Shown one piece after another: positions 40,993 through 50,426 of a stretch of 64,000 bases of DNA. How positions within the stretch are numbered: position 1 is the first letter of the stretch; each line of letters opens with the position of its first letter. The DNA comes from an uncultured Pseudomonadota bacterium (GTDB lineage: Bacteria; Pseudomonadota; Alphaproteobacteria; JACZXZ01): positions 736,001-800,000 of the forward strand of contig CAVVLJ010000016.1 of the NCBI GenBank assembly GCA_963749075.1. Direction: 5' to 3'. Made by a program: the position numbers and the translations under genes. A model generated the notes under the pieces. It ran no database searches. It saw nothing but the letters and a program-made list of their open reading frames with translations, and had not been told where the DNA came from.

Positions 40993-41812
40993 ATGAGATC
41001 GCTGCATCCGCTTCAGAGGATCGTGCATTGGCCGCTTGCGGCGCTCGCCCTCGCGCTCGCCTTCGCCTGGGCGGCGCCCCAGCCCGCGCAGGCCCTCACG
41101 GTCGACGACATTCTCGCCAAGAAGAAGCTGGTGGTCGGCGTGCTCACCGACTTCCCGCCCTTCGGCGGCACCGACGCGCAGCAGAAGCCGGACGGCTACG
41201 ACGTTGACGTTCTCACGCCTCGTGGCCAAATACTTGGGCGTCGAGCTCGAGCTCGTGCCGGTGACCGGACCGAACCGCATCCCCTACCTCCTGACCAACA
41301 AGATCGACATGCTGATCGCCACCTTCGGCATCACGCCCGAGCGCGCCAAGCAGGTGCAGTTCTCCATTCCCTACAGCAGCATCGACATCTATCTCTTGGC
41401 GCCCAAGAAGCTCGCCATCAAGAGCCCCGAGGACCTGAAGGGCGTCAAGATCGCGGTGGCGCGCGCCAGCACCCAGGACACCGCGATCAGCGCGATCGCC
41501 CCCAAGGACGCCCGCATCATGCGCTTCGACGACGACGCGAGCGCGCTTCAGGCGATGATCTCCGGACAGTCCGACGCCCTGGGTGCTGCCAACGTGGTGC
41601 TGGCCCAGCTCAGGAAGAGCCATCCCGAGATGGAGATCGAGCCCAAGATCACGCTGCGCCACCAGCCGAACGGCATAGCACTCCGCCGCGCCGACGGCGA
41701 GCTGCGCCAATGGGTCGATACCGTGATCTTCTACATCAAGAACAACGGCGAGCTCGACGCCATCAACCGCAAATGGCTGGGCCAGCCGCTGCCCGAGCTG
41801 CCGACGTTCTGA
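40993..41812 (+). CDS. Polar amino acid ABC transporter substrate-binding protein, +1 frameshift near 41210
   Basis: Signal peptide and DFPPFG...DGYDVD in one frame; NRIPYL...ITPERAKQVQFS...KWLG in the next. Confidence 0.88.
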
Positions 41813-41839
41813 GGTATGTCCCGCTTCGGCGCGGCCGTT

Positions 41840-41961
41840 GAGCTGGTCCTCGATTGTTGGACAGGCGGCAGCAGACTTAGGGTGTATTCCGCCGAATAAC
41901 GGAGGAGTGCGAGACGGCGGAATACACCTTATCGCCCTGCCCGATTTTCCAGGACCAGCTC
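41840..41961. mobile_element. 122-bp MITE-like palindromic element (family D)
   Basis: 11-bp TIR GAGCTGGTCCT/AGGACCAGCTC; inner 14-bp inverted repeat GGTGTATTCCGCCG (41881-41894 / 41915-41928); flanks GCCGTT/GCCATT. Confidence 0.6.
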
Positions 41962-42097
41962 GCCATTGGCCCGCTCAGCGGACGTTGTCATCCTACTGGC
42001 GTCGAAAGCGACCTCCAAAGCGGCCATGGTTATAAAAGATAAGGCTATTATCAAATGCTTAGCGGTTGATCGGGGCACTGACCCATGGTAGGAACGA

Positions 42098-42424
42098 ATG
42101 ATGGACAAAGAATTGGCCAGCGATCCGATTCTAACCCGCTTCCGCGCCGCCTTAGACGACCTTTATGGCGCGCGGCTGGCTCGGGTCGTGCTCTTCGGTT
42201 CGCGCGCGCGCGGCGAAGGCGGACGTTCGTCCGATTACGACGTCGCCGTGTTCCTCACCGCCTTGTCCGACCGTTGGGCGGAACTCGACCGGCTGGCCGA
42301 TCTGCGCGTGCGGTTCCTCGACGAGACGGACACCTTCTTCGACGCCATGCCCTTCCCGGCAGCGGCGTATCGTGATCGCTCGCCGCTCATGCACGAAATC
42401 CGGCGGGACGGCCTTGACCTGTGA
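42098..42424 (+). CDS. Minimal nucleotidyltransferase (MNT) antitoxin-like protein
   Basis: VLFGSRARGE...SSDYDVAV motif. Confidence 0.9.
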   Translation: MMDKELASDPILTRFRAALDDLYGARLARVVLFGSRARGEGGRSSDYDVAVFLTALSDRWAELDRLADLRVRFLDETDTFFDAMPFPAAAYRDRSPLMHEIRRDGLDL

Positions 42425-42828
42425 CTCCGGAGGCATCCGCCTTTTTGGCGAAAGCGCAGCACCTGCTCGCCGAGGCGGACACCATGCTTGGCGTTGGCCT
42501 CAACGATGCTGCGGGACGCACGGCCTACCTCGCGGGCTTTCACGCCGCCCAGGCGCTTATATTCGAGCGCCTGGGCAAAATGCTTAAATCCCACCGGGGT
42601 GTGCAAACGGAATTCCTGCGGCTGACCAAAGACGACGCAAAACTGACGGTCGCCCTGCGCGGATTCCTCTCCCGCGCGTATAATCTCAAGGCAATTGCCG
42701 ATTATGAAACTGGCCCCGGTTCCGAGATATCGCGGGCGCGGGCAGGCGAAGCCGTGCGAACAGGCAAGCAGTTCGTCGCTCATGTTGAGGCGCAGGTTGC
42801 CGCGCCCGAAAAGCCATCAAGCCGGTAA
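42421..42828 (+). CDS. HEPN domain protein (UPF0332-like)
   Basis: AYLAGFHAAQAL, KSHRGV and IADYE; GTGA overlap with the MNT gene. Confidence 0.88.
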   Translation: MTPEASAFLAKAQHLLAEADTMLGVGLNDAAGRTAYLAGFHAAQALIFERLGKMLKSHRGVQTEFLRLTKDDAKLTVALRGFLSRAYNLKAIADYETGPGSEISRARAGEAVRTGKQFVAHVEAQVAAPEKPSSR

Positions 42829-42851
42829 TACGCGAATCGGGCATTCACATC

Positions 42852-43161
42852 GTCATTCCCGCGAAAGCGGGAATCCAGCATCGTCTGGACCCCCGCTTTC
42901 GCGCTAGCAGATGCACACATCTTGAGGGGGCTTGCAGATCCGCCGTGGGTCCTTCGAGACGCGCCCCTTCGGGGCGCTCCTCAGGATGAGGCAAATCTGT
43001 GTGTGGCAGAAAGACTTTTCCTCATCCTGAGGAGCGAGCGTAGCGAGCGTCTCGAAGGACGCACCGCGGCCGGTCCGAGGCCCCTTTGCAGCGCGCAACA
43101 TCATGATTTGCCGGTGATCTTAGAAATTGTGTGCATCAACTAGCGCTTTCGCGGGGGTGAC
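42852..43161. repeat. Family C REP-like doublet (GTCATTCCCGCGAAAGCGGGAATCCAG...CTGGACCCCCGCTTTCGCGGGGGTGAC), interrupted by family A copy 6
   Basis: Left arm at 42852-42878; right arm split into 42885-42903 and 43144-43161. Confidence 0.85.
42904..43143. mobile_element. Family A element, copy 6 (240 bp, best preserved)
   Basis: TIRs CTAGCAGATGCACACA / TGTGTGCATCAACTAG (14/16 match); perfect 10-bp duplication CGCTTTCGCG at 42894-42903 and 43144-43153. Confidence 0.92.
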
Positions 43162-43192
43162 GCCGGGTGTTTCAACCTGATCGGATCATGCT

Positions 43193-46147
43193 CTATGCGC
43201 CCGGCCCGGCGAGTGCCGCGGCCAGCACGCGGGCCACATGCACCGCCTCGCGGCCGGTGGCGTCCTTGATCTGGTGGCGGCAGCTCGTGCCGCAGGCGAC
43301 GAGGAGGCTCTCGGGAGGTGCTGCGCGCACGGCGGGGAGGAGCGAAAGCTCGGCCATCTTGAGCGAGGCGCCGTAGGTCTCGGCCTGGTAGCCGAAGACG
43401 CCAGCCATGCCGCAGCAGGAGGCGGCAATGGTCTCGACCGCGAGGCCGGGGACGAGGCGGAGCGTCGCCTCGAGTGCCGTCATGGTAGCGAAGGCCTTCT
43501 GGTGGCAGTGGCCGTGGACGAGTGCGCCGCGTGCGCCGGCGGGGCGGAGCTCGAGCGAGAGACGGCCCGCCTTCGCCTCCTCGGCGACGAACTCCTCGAA
43601 GAGCCTGGCGCTCGACGCAAGTGCTGCCGCCTCCTCGCCGAGACCGAGCACGGTGAGCTCGTCGCGCAAGGTCAAGAGGCAGGAGGGCTCGAGGCCGACG
43701 ACCGGCACGCCGCGCGCGACGTAAGGGCGCAGGCCCGCGAGCAGGCGGCGCATCTCCTTCCGCGCCTCCTCGACGAGCCCCACGGCGAGGAAGGTGCGGC
43801 CGCAGCAGAGCGGCCGGCCGCCGTCGGCCGCCTCCGCCACCTGCACGCGGTAGCCCGCGGCCTCGAGCACGGCGAGCGCCGCGTGGCCGTTCTCGGGCTC
43901 GAAATAGGTGGTGAAGGTGTCGGGGAGGAGGACGACCTCGCGGCCACCCGGATTTCGCGATGCTCCCGGTGCCCTGAAGACGTCCCGGCGCCACTGCGGC
44001 AGGGTGCGCGCGGCGGCGACGCCGAGCCAGCGCTCGCCGAGCCGGCGCAAGCCCGGGACCGCCTCGCGCAGGTTGCTCAAGGGGGCGAAATGGGCGGCCC
44101 AGGGCGCGTAGCGCGGCAGATAGGCCACGAGCCGGTCGCGCAAACCGAGACCGTGGCGCTTGTTGTAGTGGTGGAGGAACTCGATCTTCATGCGCGCCAT
44201 GTCGACGCCCGTCGGGCACTCGCGCTTGCACGCCTTGCAGCCGACGCAAAGGCGCATGGTCTCGGCCAGATCGTCGGCGGCGAGGGCATCGGGGCCGAGC
44301 TGGCCCGAGAGTGCGAGGCGCAGCGTGTTGGCGCGGCCGCGCGTCACGTGCTGCTCGTCGAGCGTGGCGCGGTAGGAGGGGCACATCACGTTCGCGTCGA
44401 ACTTGCGGCAGGTGCCGTTGTTGTTGCACATCTCGACGGCACGGCCGAGGCCGCCCCACGCGGACCAGTCGAGCGCCGTGGCGATGGCAGCCGTGCCGTA
44501 GCCGGGCTTGAAGCGGAAGAGGCTGCGCTCGTCCATCTTGGGCGCGCGCACGATCTTGCCGGGATTGAAGAGGCCCTTGGGGTCGAGCGCGTCCTTGACC
44601 GCCTCGAAGTCGGCCACCATGCGCGGCCCGAACATCGCCGCGTGGAACTCGGAGCGCACCAGCCCGTCGCCGTGCTCGCCCGAGTGCGAGCCCTTGTACT
44701 CGCGCACGATGGCGAAGGCCTCCTCGGCGATGGCGCGCATCTTCCGCGCACCCTCCGGGTCCTTCATGTTGAGGACCGGGCGCACGTGGAGGCAGCCGAC
44801 CGAGGCGTGGGCGTACCAGGTCCCCACGGTGCCGTGCCGCGCGAAGATTTCGTCGAGGCGCCTCGTATAGTCCGCGAGGTCGTCGAGCGACACCGCGCAG
44901 TCCTCGATGAAGGAGACCGGCTTGCCGTCGCCCTTCATCGACATCATGATGTTGAGACCCGACTTGCGCACCTCCCAGATGTCGCGCTGGAAGGCCGGGT
45001 CCGTCGCCTCGACGACGGCACCGGGGAAGCCGAGATCGCCCATGAGCTCGGCGAGCGCCTTGAGCCGCTTCAACTGCGGGGCGAGTTCGTCGCCGGCGAA
45101 CTCGACGAGGAGGAGGGCGGCCGGCGTACCGCGCACGAAGCGCTCGAGGGTGCGGCGGAAGAGCGGGATGTCGCGCGCGAGCTCGATCATGGTGCGGTCG
45201 ACGAGCTCGACCGCGTCGGGACCGAGCCCGACGATGCGCTTGGTCGCCGCCATGGCCGCGTAGAAGCTCGGGAAGTGGCAGACGCCGAGCGCCTTGTGCT
45301 TGGGAAGCTTATGGAGCTTGAGCTCGATGCGCCGCGAGAAGGCGAGCGTGCCCTCGGAGCCGACGAGGAGGTGCGCCAGATTGATGGGCGGCGCGTTGGC
45401 GCCCCGCGGTGCCAGGGCATCGATATTGTAGCCGCCGACGCGGCGCTGCAGCTTGGGGAAGCGCTCGGCGATCTCGCCCGCCTCGCGCCGGCCGAGCTCG
45501 AGGAGCCGCGCCACCATGGCGCGCTGTGCTGCGCTCAGGCCCGCCGTACCGTCGCCCTCGGCGAGTTCGGCAAAGCGCATGGCGCTGCCGTCGGCGAGCG
45601 TCGCATGAATTGCCCGCACGTTGTCGCGCATGGTGCCGAAGCGGATCGAGCGGGCGCCGCAGCTGTTGTTGCCCGCCATGCCGCCGAGGGTCGCCTGGCT
45701 CGAGGTCGAGACGTTGACCGGGAAGAAGAGCCCGTGCGGGCGCAGAAGCGCGTTCAGGCGGTCGAGCACGATGCCCGGCTCGACGACGGCTCGGAGTGCC
45801 GCCGCGTCGAGCTCGAGGAGGCGGTTGAGCCGCGGGCTCACGTCGACGACGAGCGCCTCGCCCACGGTCTGGCCGCATTGCGAGGTGCCGCCGCCGCGCG
45901 GCAGGAGCGGGATGCCCTCGTCGGCCGCGATGCCGACGATGCGGGGGATGTCGGCCTCGCTCGCCGGGATGGCCACGCCGATCGGCTCGATCTGGTAGAT
46001 CGAGGCGTCCGTCGAGTAGCGCCCGCGCGTTCCGGCGTCGAAGCGCACCTCGCCCTCGATCCCGCTCGCGAGGCGCGCAGCCAGCGCGCTGTCGCCGATG
46101 CGGGAGTGCGCCGCCCGGCGACCGGTGGGGCTGCCTTGAGCCATCAT
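43193..46147 (-). CDS. FAD-linked, Fe-S-containing oxidoreductase (D-2-hydroxyacid/glycolate dehydrogenase YdiJ-like)
   Basis: RGGGTSQCGQ, GSEGTL, SGEHGDG, CNNNGTC, CVGCKACKRECP and CCG domains. Confidence 0.93.
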   Translation of the reverse strand: MMAQGSPTGRRAAHSRIGDSALAARLASGIEGEVRFDAGTRGRYSTDASIYQIEPIGVAIPASEADIPRIVGIAADEGIPLLPRGGGTSQCGQTVGEALVVDVSPRLNRLLELDAAALRAVVEPGIVLDRLNALLRPHGLFFPVNVSTSSQATLGGMAGNNSCGARSIRFGTMRDNVRAIHATLADGSAMRFAELAEGDGTAGLSAAQRAMVARLLELGRREAGEIAERFPKLQRRVGGYNIDALAPRGANAPPINLAHLLVGSEGTLAFSRRIELKLHKLPKHKALGVCHFPSFYAAMAATKRIVGLGPDAVELVDRTMIELARDIPLFRRTLERFVRGTPAALLLVEFAGDELAPQLKRLKALAELMGDLGFPGAVVEATDPAFQRDIWEVRKSGLNIMMSMKGDGKPVSFIEDCAVSLDDLADYTRRLDEIFARHGTVGTWYAHASVGCLHVRPVLNMKDPEGARKMRAIAEEAFAIVREYKGSHSGEHGDGLVRSEFHAAMFGPRMVADFEAVKDALDPKGLFNPGKIVRAPKMDERSLFRFKPGYGTAAIATALDWSAWGGLGRAVEMCNNNGTCRKFDANVMCPSYRATLDEQHVTRGRANTLRLALSGQLGPDALAADDLAETMRLCVGCKACKRECPTGVDMARMKIEFLHHYNKRHGLGLRDRLVAYLPRYAPWAAHFAPLSNLREAVPGLRRLGERWLGVAAARTLPQWRRDVFRAPGASRNPGGREVVLLPDTFTTYFEPENGHAALAVLEAAGYRVQVAEAADGGRPLCCGRTFLAVGLVEEARKEMRRLLAGLRPYVARGVPVVGLEPSCLLTLRDELTVLGLGEEAAALASSARLFEEFVAEEAKAGRLSLELRPAGARGALVHGHCHQKAFATMTALEATLRLVPGLAVETIAASCCGMAGVFGYQAETYGASLKMAELSLLPAVRAAPPESLLVACGTSCRHQIKDATGREAVHVARVLAAALAGPGA

Positions 46148-46202
46148 GACCTCGGCATCAATTGGCGGCATAATGCCACAGCACGGGCGGGTGCGACGCG
46201 TC

Positions 46203-46357
46203 ATTCCTCTCCTCCTTGAGGAGGAGAGGAAGGAGCCCATCCCGAAGGAATGGGAAGGTGAGGAGGTCTATGACGCCGGCGCTTCGGCCGCAGACAATGC
46301 GTCTCACGGAGCCGCCTCCTCACCCCGGCCCTCTCCTCCTGAAGGCGGAGAGGGGGA
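46203..46357. repeat. Family B REP-like inverted doublet with a short spacer (no cargo)
   Basis: CCTCTCCTCCTTGAGGAGGAGAGG...GGTGAGGAGG, then CCTCCTCACCCCGGCCCTCTCCTCCTGAAGGCGGAGAGGG. Confidence 0.7.
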
Positions 46358-46439
46358 TCGCTGCTGCCGGCCGAGGACGCCGCCGCAGCAACGGGAAACC
46401 CGGCACCGCGCCGAGCGGGGCCGCACGCGAGGGCTTGCC

Positions 46440-47636
46440 ATGGCTTACCAGAGCGGCCGCCACTTCCTCCAAATCCCCGGGCCGACCAACGTGCCGGACC
46501 GTATCCTCCGCGCCATCGACCGGCCGACCATCGATCACCGCGGGCCAACCTTCCAGCGCCTGGGCAAGGAGCTGCTCGAGGGCTTGAAGGCGGTCTTCAA
46601 GACGCAAGCGCCCGTGGTGATCTTTCCCGCCTCGGGCACCGGCGCCTGGGAGGCAGCGCTCGTCAATACGCTCTCGCCCGGCGACAAGGTGCTGATGGTC
46701 GAGACCGGCCATTTCGCTACCCTCTGGTCGCGCATGGCAGGGCGGCTCGGCCTCGAGGTCGAGCTCATCCCCGGCGACTGGCGCCACGGCGTCGATCCGG
46801 CGGCGGTGGCCCGGCACCTGGCCGACGACCGCGCGCGCAAGATCAAGGCCGTCTGCATCGTGCACAACGAGACCTCGACCGGCGTCGCCTCGCGCGTGGC
46901 CGAGGTGCGCAAGGCGATCGACGGCAGCGGCCATCCGGCGCTCTTCATGGTCGACACCATCTCCTCGCTCGCCTCGATCGACTATCGCCACGACGAGTGG
47001 GGGGTGGACGTGACCGTAGCCGGCTCCCAGAAGGGCCTCATGCTGCCGCCCGGCCTCTCCTTCAACGCGGTCGGCGACAAGGCGCGCGCGGCGGGGAAGA
47101 CGGCGCGGCTGCCGCGCTCCTATTGGAGCTGGGAGGAGATGCTCGCCTCGAACTCGGCCGGCTTCTTCCCCTATACGCCGGCGACCAATCTGCTCTTCGG
47201 CCTCAAGGAGGCGGTCGCCATGCTGCTCGAGGAGGGGCTCGACAACGTCTTCGCGCGCCATGACCGCCACGCGGAGGCGACCCGGCGCGCCGTGGCGGCC
47301 TGGGGTCTCGAGGTGCTCTGCCTGGAGCCTCGCGAGCACTCGAGCTCGCTCACCGCCGTGCTGCTGCCGCCGGGCCACGACGCCGACGCCTTCCGCAAGG
47401 TGACGCTCGAGCGCTACAACCTCTCGCTCGGCAACGGCCTCGGCAAGCTCGCGGGCAAGGTCTTCCGCATCGGGCATCTGGGGGACTTCAACGACCTCAT
47501 GCTCGCCGGCACGCTCGCGGGCGTGGAGATGGGCCTCCAGGCTGCGGGGGTTCCCCTCAAGGGAAGCGGCATTGCCGTGGCACTCGCCTATCTCGGCGGC
47601 AATTACGCAGGCGGCACCTCGGCCTCGGCGGCTTGA
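46440..47636 (+). CDS. Class V PLP aminotransferase (serine-glyoxylate aminotransferase-like), paralog 2
   Basis: GRHFLQIPGPTNVP, HNETSTG, GSQKGLM and FRIGHLG motifs. Confidence 0.94.
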   Translation: MAYQSGRHFLQIPGPTNVPDRILRAIDRPTIDHRGPTFQRLGKELLEGLKAVFKTQAPVVIFPASGTGAWEAALVNTLSPGDKVLMVETGHFATLWSRMAGRLGLEVELIPGDWRHGVDPAAVARHLADDRARKIKAVCIVHNETSTGVASRVAEVRKAIDGSGHPALFMVDTISSLASIDYRHDEWGVDVTVAGSQKGLMLPPGLSFNAVGDKARAAGKTARLPRSYWSWEEMLASNSAGFFPYTPATNLLFGLKEAVAMLLEEGLDNVFARHDRHAEATRRAVAAWGLEVLCLEPREHSSSLTAVLLPPGHDADAFRKVTLERYNLSLGNGLGKLAGKVFRIGHLGDFNDLMLAGTLAGVEMGLQAAGVPLKGSGIAVALAYLGGNYAGGTSASAA

Positions 47637-47652
47637 GGCGGCCGGCCGCCGC

Positions 47653-48375
47653 TCAGGCGGCGACGACCTTGAGGTCCGGCTCGGCCTCGTCGATGAGGCG
47701 GTCCGGCATGCAATATTGCCTGAGCTTGCTCACGTCGATGAGCCGGATGCGGTGCCCGCGCACCTCCACGCCCATCTTGCGCAGGGAGGAGAAGCCGCGT
47801 GACAGGCTCTCGGGCGTCATGCCGAGCCGTGCCGCGATGAGGCGCTTGTCGTGCGGCAGCTCGACCAAGCCGTCGCCGCCGTTCTCCTCGGCGAGTGCCA
47901 GGAGATAGCAGCCGAGGCGCTGGGTCGAGGTCCGGAGCTTGAGGTCCTTCACCTGGCGGAGCAGCGAGCGGTATTGGCGCGACATGGAGGCCAGCATGGC
48001 GAGCGACAGCTGGGCGTCGCGCGCGATCCACTGGCGCAGTGCCGTTGCCGGCAGCATCAGGATGCGCGCCGGACGCACCACCTTGGCCGAGACCAGATAG
48101 GGGGTGTTGGTGAGGAGCGCTGCCGGCATGAAGGTATCCACCGGCTTCAGGATCTCCACCACCGTCTCGCGCTCATCGGGCGCCGTGCCGGTGAACTGCA
48201 CGCTGCCGTCGAGCAGCACGTAAAGGAAATCCGGCAGCTCGCCCTGCAGGAAGAGCGTCGTCTGGCTCGGGAAGCGCTGCAGGAAGGCGCCCGTGGCGAG
48301 CGCGCGAAGCGTGTCCTCCGAGGTCTCGGCAAAGAGTGAAACCTCACGAAGTTTTGCGAAATCTTCAGGCTGCAT
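47653..48375 (-). CDS. Crp/Fnr family transcriptional regulator (no FNR Cys cluster)
   Basis: cNMP-binding fold and HTH IAARLGMTPESLSR. Confidence 0.92.
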   Translation of the reverse strand: MQPEDFAKLREVSLFAETSEDTLRALATGAFLQRFPSQTTLFLQGELPDFLYVLLDGSVQFTGTAPDERETVVEILKPVDTFMPAALLTNTPYLVSAKVVRPARILMLPATALRQWIARDAQLSLAMLASMSRQYRSLLRQVKDLKLRTSTQRLGCYLLALAEENGGDGLVELPHDKRLIAARLGMTPESLSRGFSSLRKMGVEVRGHRIRLIDVSKLRQYCMPDRLIDEAEPDLKVVAA

Positions 48376-48699
48376 TGCGCGTGCTCCTTGTGCGATGGAC
48401 TCCCGCGGGCGCGGTCCCCGGCTCCGCCCGCTTCAATGGCGGCGATCCCCGATGTGGCGCAGTCGACAAGGCCAGCCAGGCTGAAGGATGCGGCGCCGAC
48501 TAAACTGGCGGAACCTGTGCACGCGCATCTTTGCCAATGAGCTATCACAGGGGTGAGCGCGACAAAAGTCAAAAAAAGTTAATCATTTTTAATGTTTAAC
48601 GCGCGCCGGGGCAGCGTCCGCAGCGGCGCTCACCGCCTTCGCGGGGCAAGCTTCGCCGGGGCGACGACCGGGGGGCGTTGCCGCCGATCGGAGCCCGCC

Positions 48700-49023
48700 C
48701 TAATTCGCGACGATGCGCCTGGGCCGATAGCGGCCGTTCTCGATGCCGGAGAAGAGATCGTTCAATTGCGGGTGGGAGAGCGGCCGGCCGCTCTCGTCGG
48801 ACACCAGGTTCTGCTCCGAGACGTAGGCGATGTAGGTGCTCTGCTCGTTCTCGGCGAGCAGATGGTAGAAGGGCTGGTCGCGGCGCGGCCGCACCTCCTC
48901 GGGGATCGACATCAGCCATTCCTCGGTGTTGGAGAACACCGGGTCGACATCGAAGATCACGCCGCGGAAGGGATAGATCCGGTGGCGCACGATCTCGCCG
49001 ATGTGGAACTTGGCCTCGCGCAT
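48700..49023 (-). CDS. hspQ: Heat shock protein HspQ
   Basis: AKFHIGEIVRHR..FRGVIFDVDP, QPFYHLLAEN and AYVSEQNL motifs. Confidence 0.95.
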   Translation of the reverse strand: MREAKFHIGEIVRHRIYPFRGVIFDVDPVFSNTEEWLMSIPEEVRPRRDQPFYHLLAENEQSTYIAYVSEQNLVSDESGRPLSHPQLNDLFSGIENGRYRPRRIVAN

Positions 49024-49117
49024 GGGTCGATCCTCTACGGCCTGCCGCGGTGAAAAACAACGGGCAAAGTGCGGCAGCCCTCCGCCATGACGCGGCCGCG
49101 CGGTGATCGTCTTCGAA

Positions 49118-49168
49118 ATGACATAAAACTGTCAACATACCGCATTAGGCTTGTCACCGAGCTGCAAC
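49118..49168 (+). promoter_or_regulatory. Pho box array (PhoB sites) upstream of pstS
   Basis: Half-sites every 11 bp: ATGACAT 49118, CTGTCAA 49129, CCGCATT 49140, TTGTCAC 49151, CTGCAAC 49162 (consensus CTGTCAT). Confidence 0.85.
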
Positions 49169-49252
49169 GCCCGGAGCCTAGGATCCCGCCGCTCGTCGCA
49201 TGGCACGCCGTCGTGGCGGGTCGTCGGCTCACTCCTTTTTATGGGAGCTCAT

Positions 49253-50314
49253 ATGATGAAACGCGTTGCGATCGCCGCCCTTGCGGGCGCTTCGCTGCTG
49301 TTCGCCATCGGCCAGGCGAAGGCAGCCGATATCTCCGGAGCGGGTGCGACCTTCCCCTACCCGATCTACGCCAAATGGGCGGATGCCTACAAGACGAAGA
49401 CCGGCATCGGGCTCAACTACCAGTCGATCGGCTCCGGCGGGGGGATCAAGCAGATCAAGGCCAAGACGGTCGACTTCGGCGCCTCCGACATGCCGCTCGA
49501 TCCCAAGGACCTCGACGAAGCCGGCCTCATGCAGTTCCCCATGGTCATGGGCGGCGTGGTGCCGGTCGTCAACATCAAGGGCGTCAATGCGGGCGACATC
49601 AAGCTGACCGGCCCGGTCCTCGCGGACATCTATCTCAAGAAGGTCGTCAAGTGGAGCGACCCGGAGATCGCCAAGCTCAATCCGGGCGTCAAGCTGCCGG
49701 ATTCCGCGATCACCGTCGTGCACCGCTCTGACGGTTCAGGCACCACCTTCATCTTCACCCACTACCTCTCCGAGATCAGCCCCGAGTGGAAGTCGAAGGT
49801 GGGCGAGAACACGTCGGTCGAATGGCCGGCCGGCGTCGGCGCCAAGGGCAACGAGGGCGTCGCCAACTACGCCAAGCAGATCGACGGGGGCATCGGCTAC
49901 GTCGAGTACGCCTATGCGCTGCAGAACAAGCTCGCCTGGACCTGGCTCTCCAATGCGGCCGGCAAGTTCGTCAAGCCGGAAGCCAGCGCCTTCATGGCCG
50001 CCGCCGCCAATGCCGACTGGAAGAACGCGCCCGACTTCAAGCTTCTCTTGACCAATCAGCCGGGGGACGCCAGCTGGCCCATCACCGGCGCCACCTTCAT
50101 CCTCTTCTACAAGACCCAGGACAAGCCGGAGATCGGCGCCGCGGTGCTCAAGTTCTTCGACTGGGCCTATCACAACGGCAGCCAGATGGCGGAGCAGCTC
50201 GACTACATCCCGATGCCCGCGAACGTCGTCAAGCTGGTCGAGACGACGTGGGAGAAGGAGATCAAATCGGCGGACGGCAAGCCGGTGTTCACGGCAAGCG
50301 CGATGCAGAACTAA
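49253..50314 (+). CDS. pstS: Phosphate ABC transporter substrate-binding protein
   Basis: GAGATFPYP, YQSIGSGGG, DFGASD and HRSDGSGTT motifs. Confidence 0.97.
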   Translation: MMKRVAIAALAGASLLFAIGQAKAADISGAGATFPYPIYAKWADAYKTKTGIGLNYQSIGSGGGIKQIKAKTVDFGASDMPLDPKDLDEAGLMQFPMVMGGVVPVVNIKGVNAGDIKLTGPVLADIYLKKVVKWSDPEIAKLNPGVKLPDSAITVVHRSDGSGTTFIFTHYLSEISPEWKSKVGENTSVEWPAGVGAKGNEGVANYAKQIDGGIGYVEYAYALQNKLAWTWLSNAAGKFVKPEASAFMAAAANADWKNAPDFKLLLTNQPGDASWPITGATFILFYKTQDKPEIGAAVLKFFDWAYHNGSQMAEQLDYIPMPANVVKLVETTWEKEIKSADGKPVFTASAMQN

Positions 50315-50329
50315 GCCTAGAAGCCGCGG

Positions 50330-50362
50330 TCCGGGGCGCCTCCTCGAGGACGGCGCCCCGGA
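50330..50362. other. Stem-loop between pstS and pstC (possible mRNA stabiliser)
   Basis: TCCGGGGCGCC...GGCGCCCCGGA 11-bp stem. Confidence 0.55.
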
Positions 50363-50426
50363 GTGCTGGAATTGGTAGGCGCCGAGAGCCGGGCCGCCGG
50401 CAGCCCTCCCCGTGATAAGGAAACCC

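Noticed and set aside
48579-48600. CtrA-binding site upstream of the Crp/Fnr gene
   Set aside because: TTAA boxes are spaced by 6 and 3 nt, not the canonical TTAA-N7-TTAA; only an AT-rich promoter region can be claimed.
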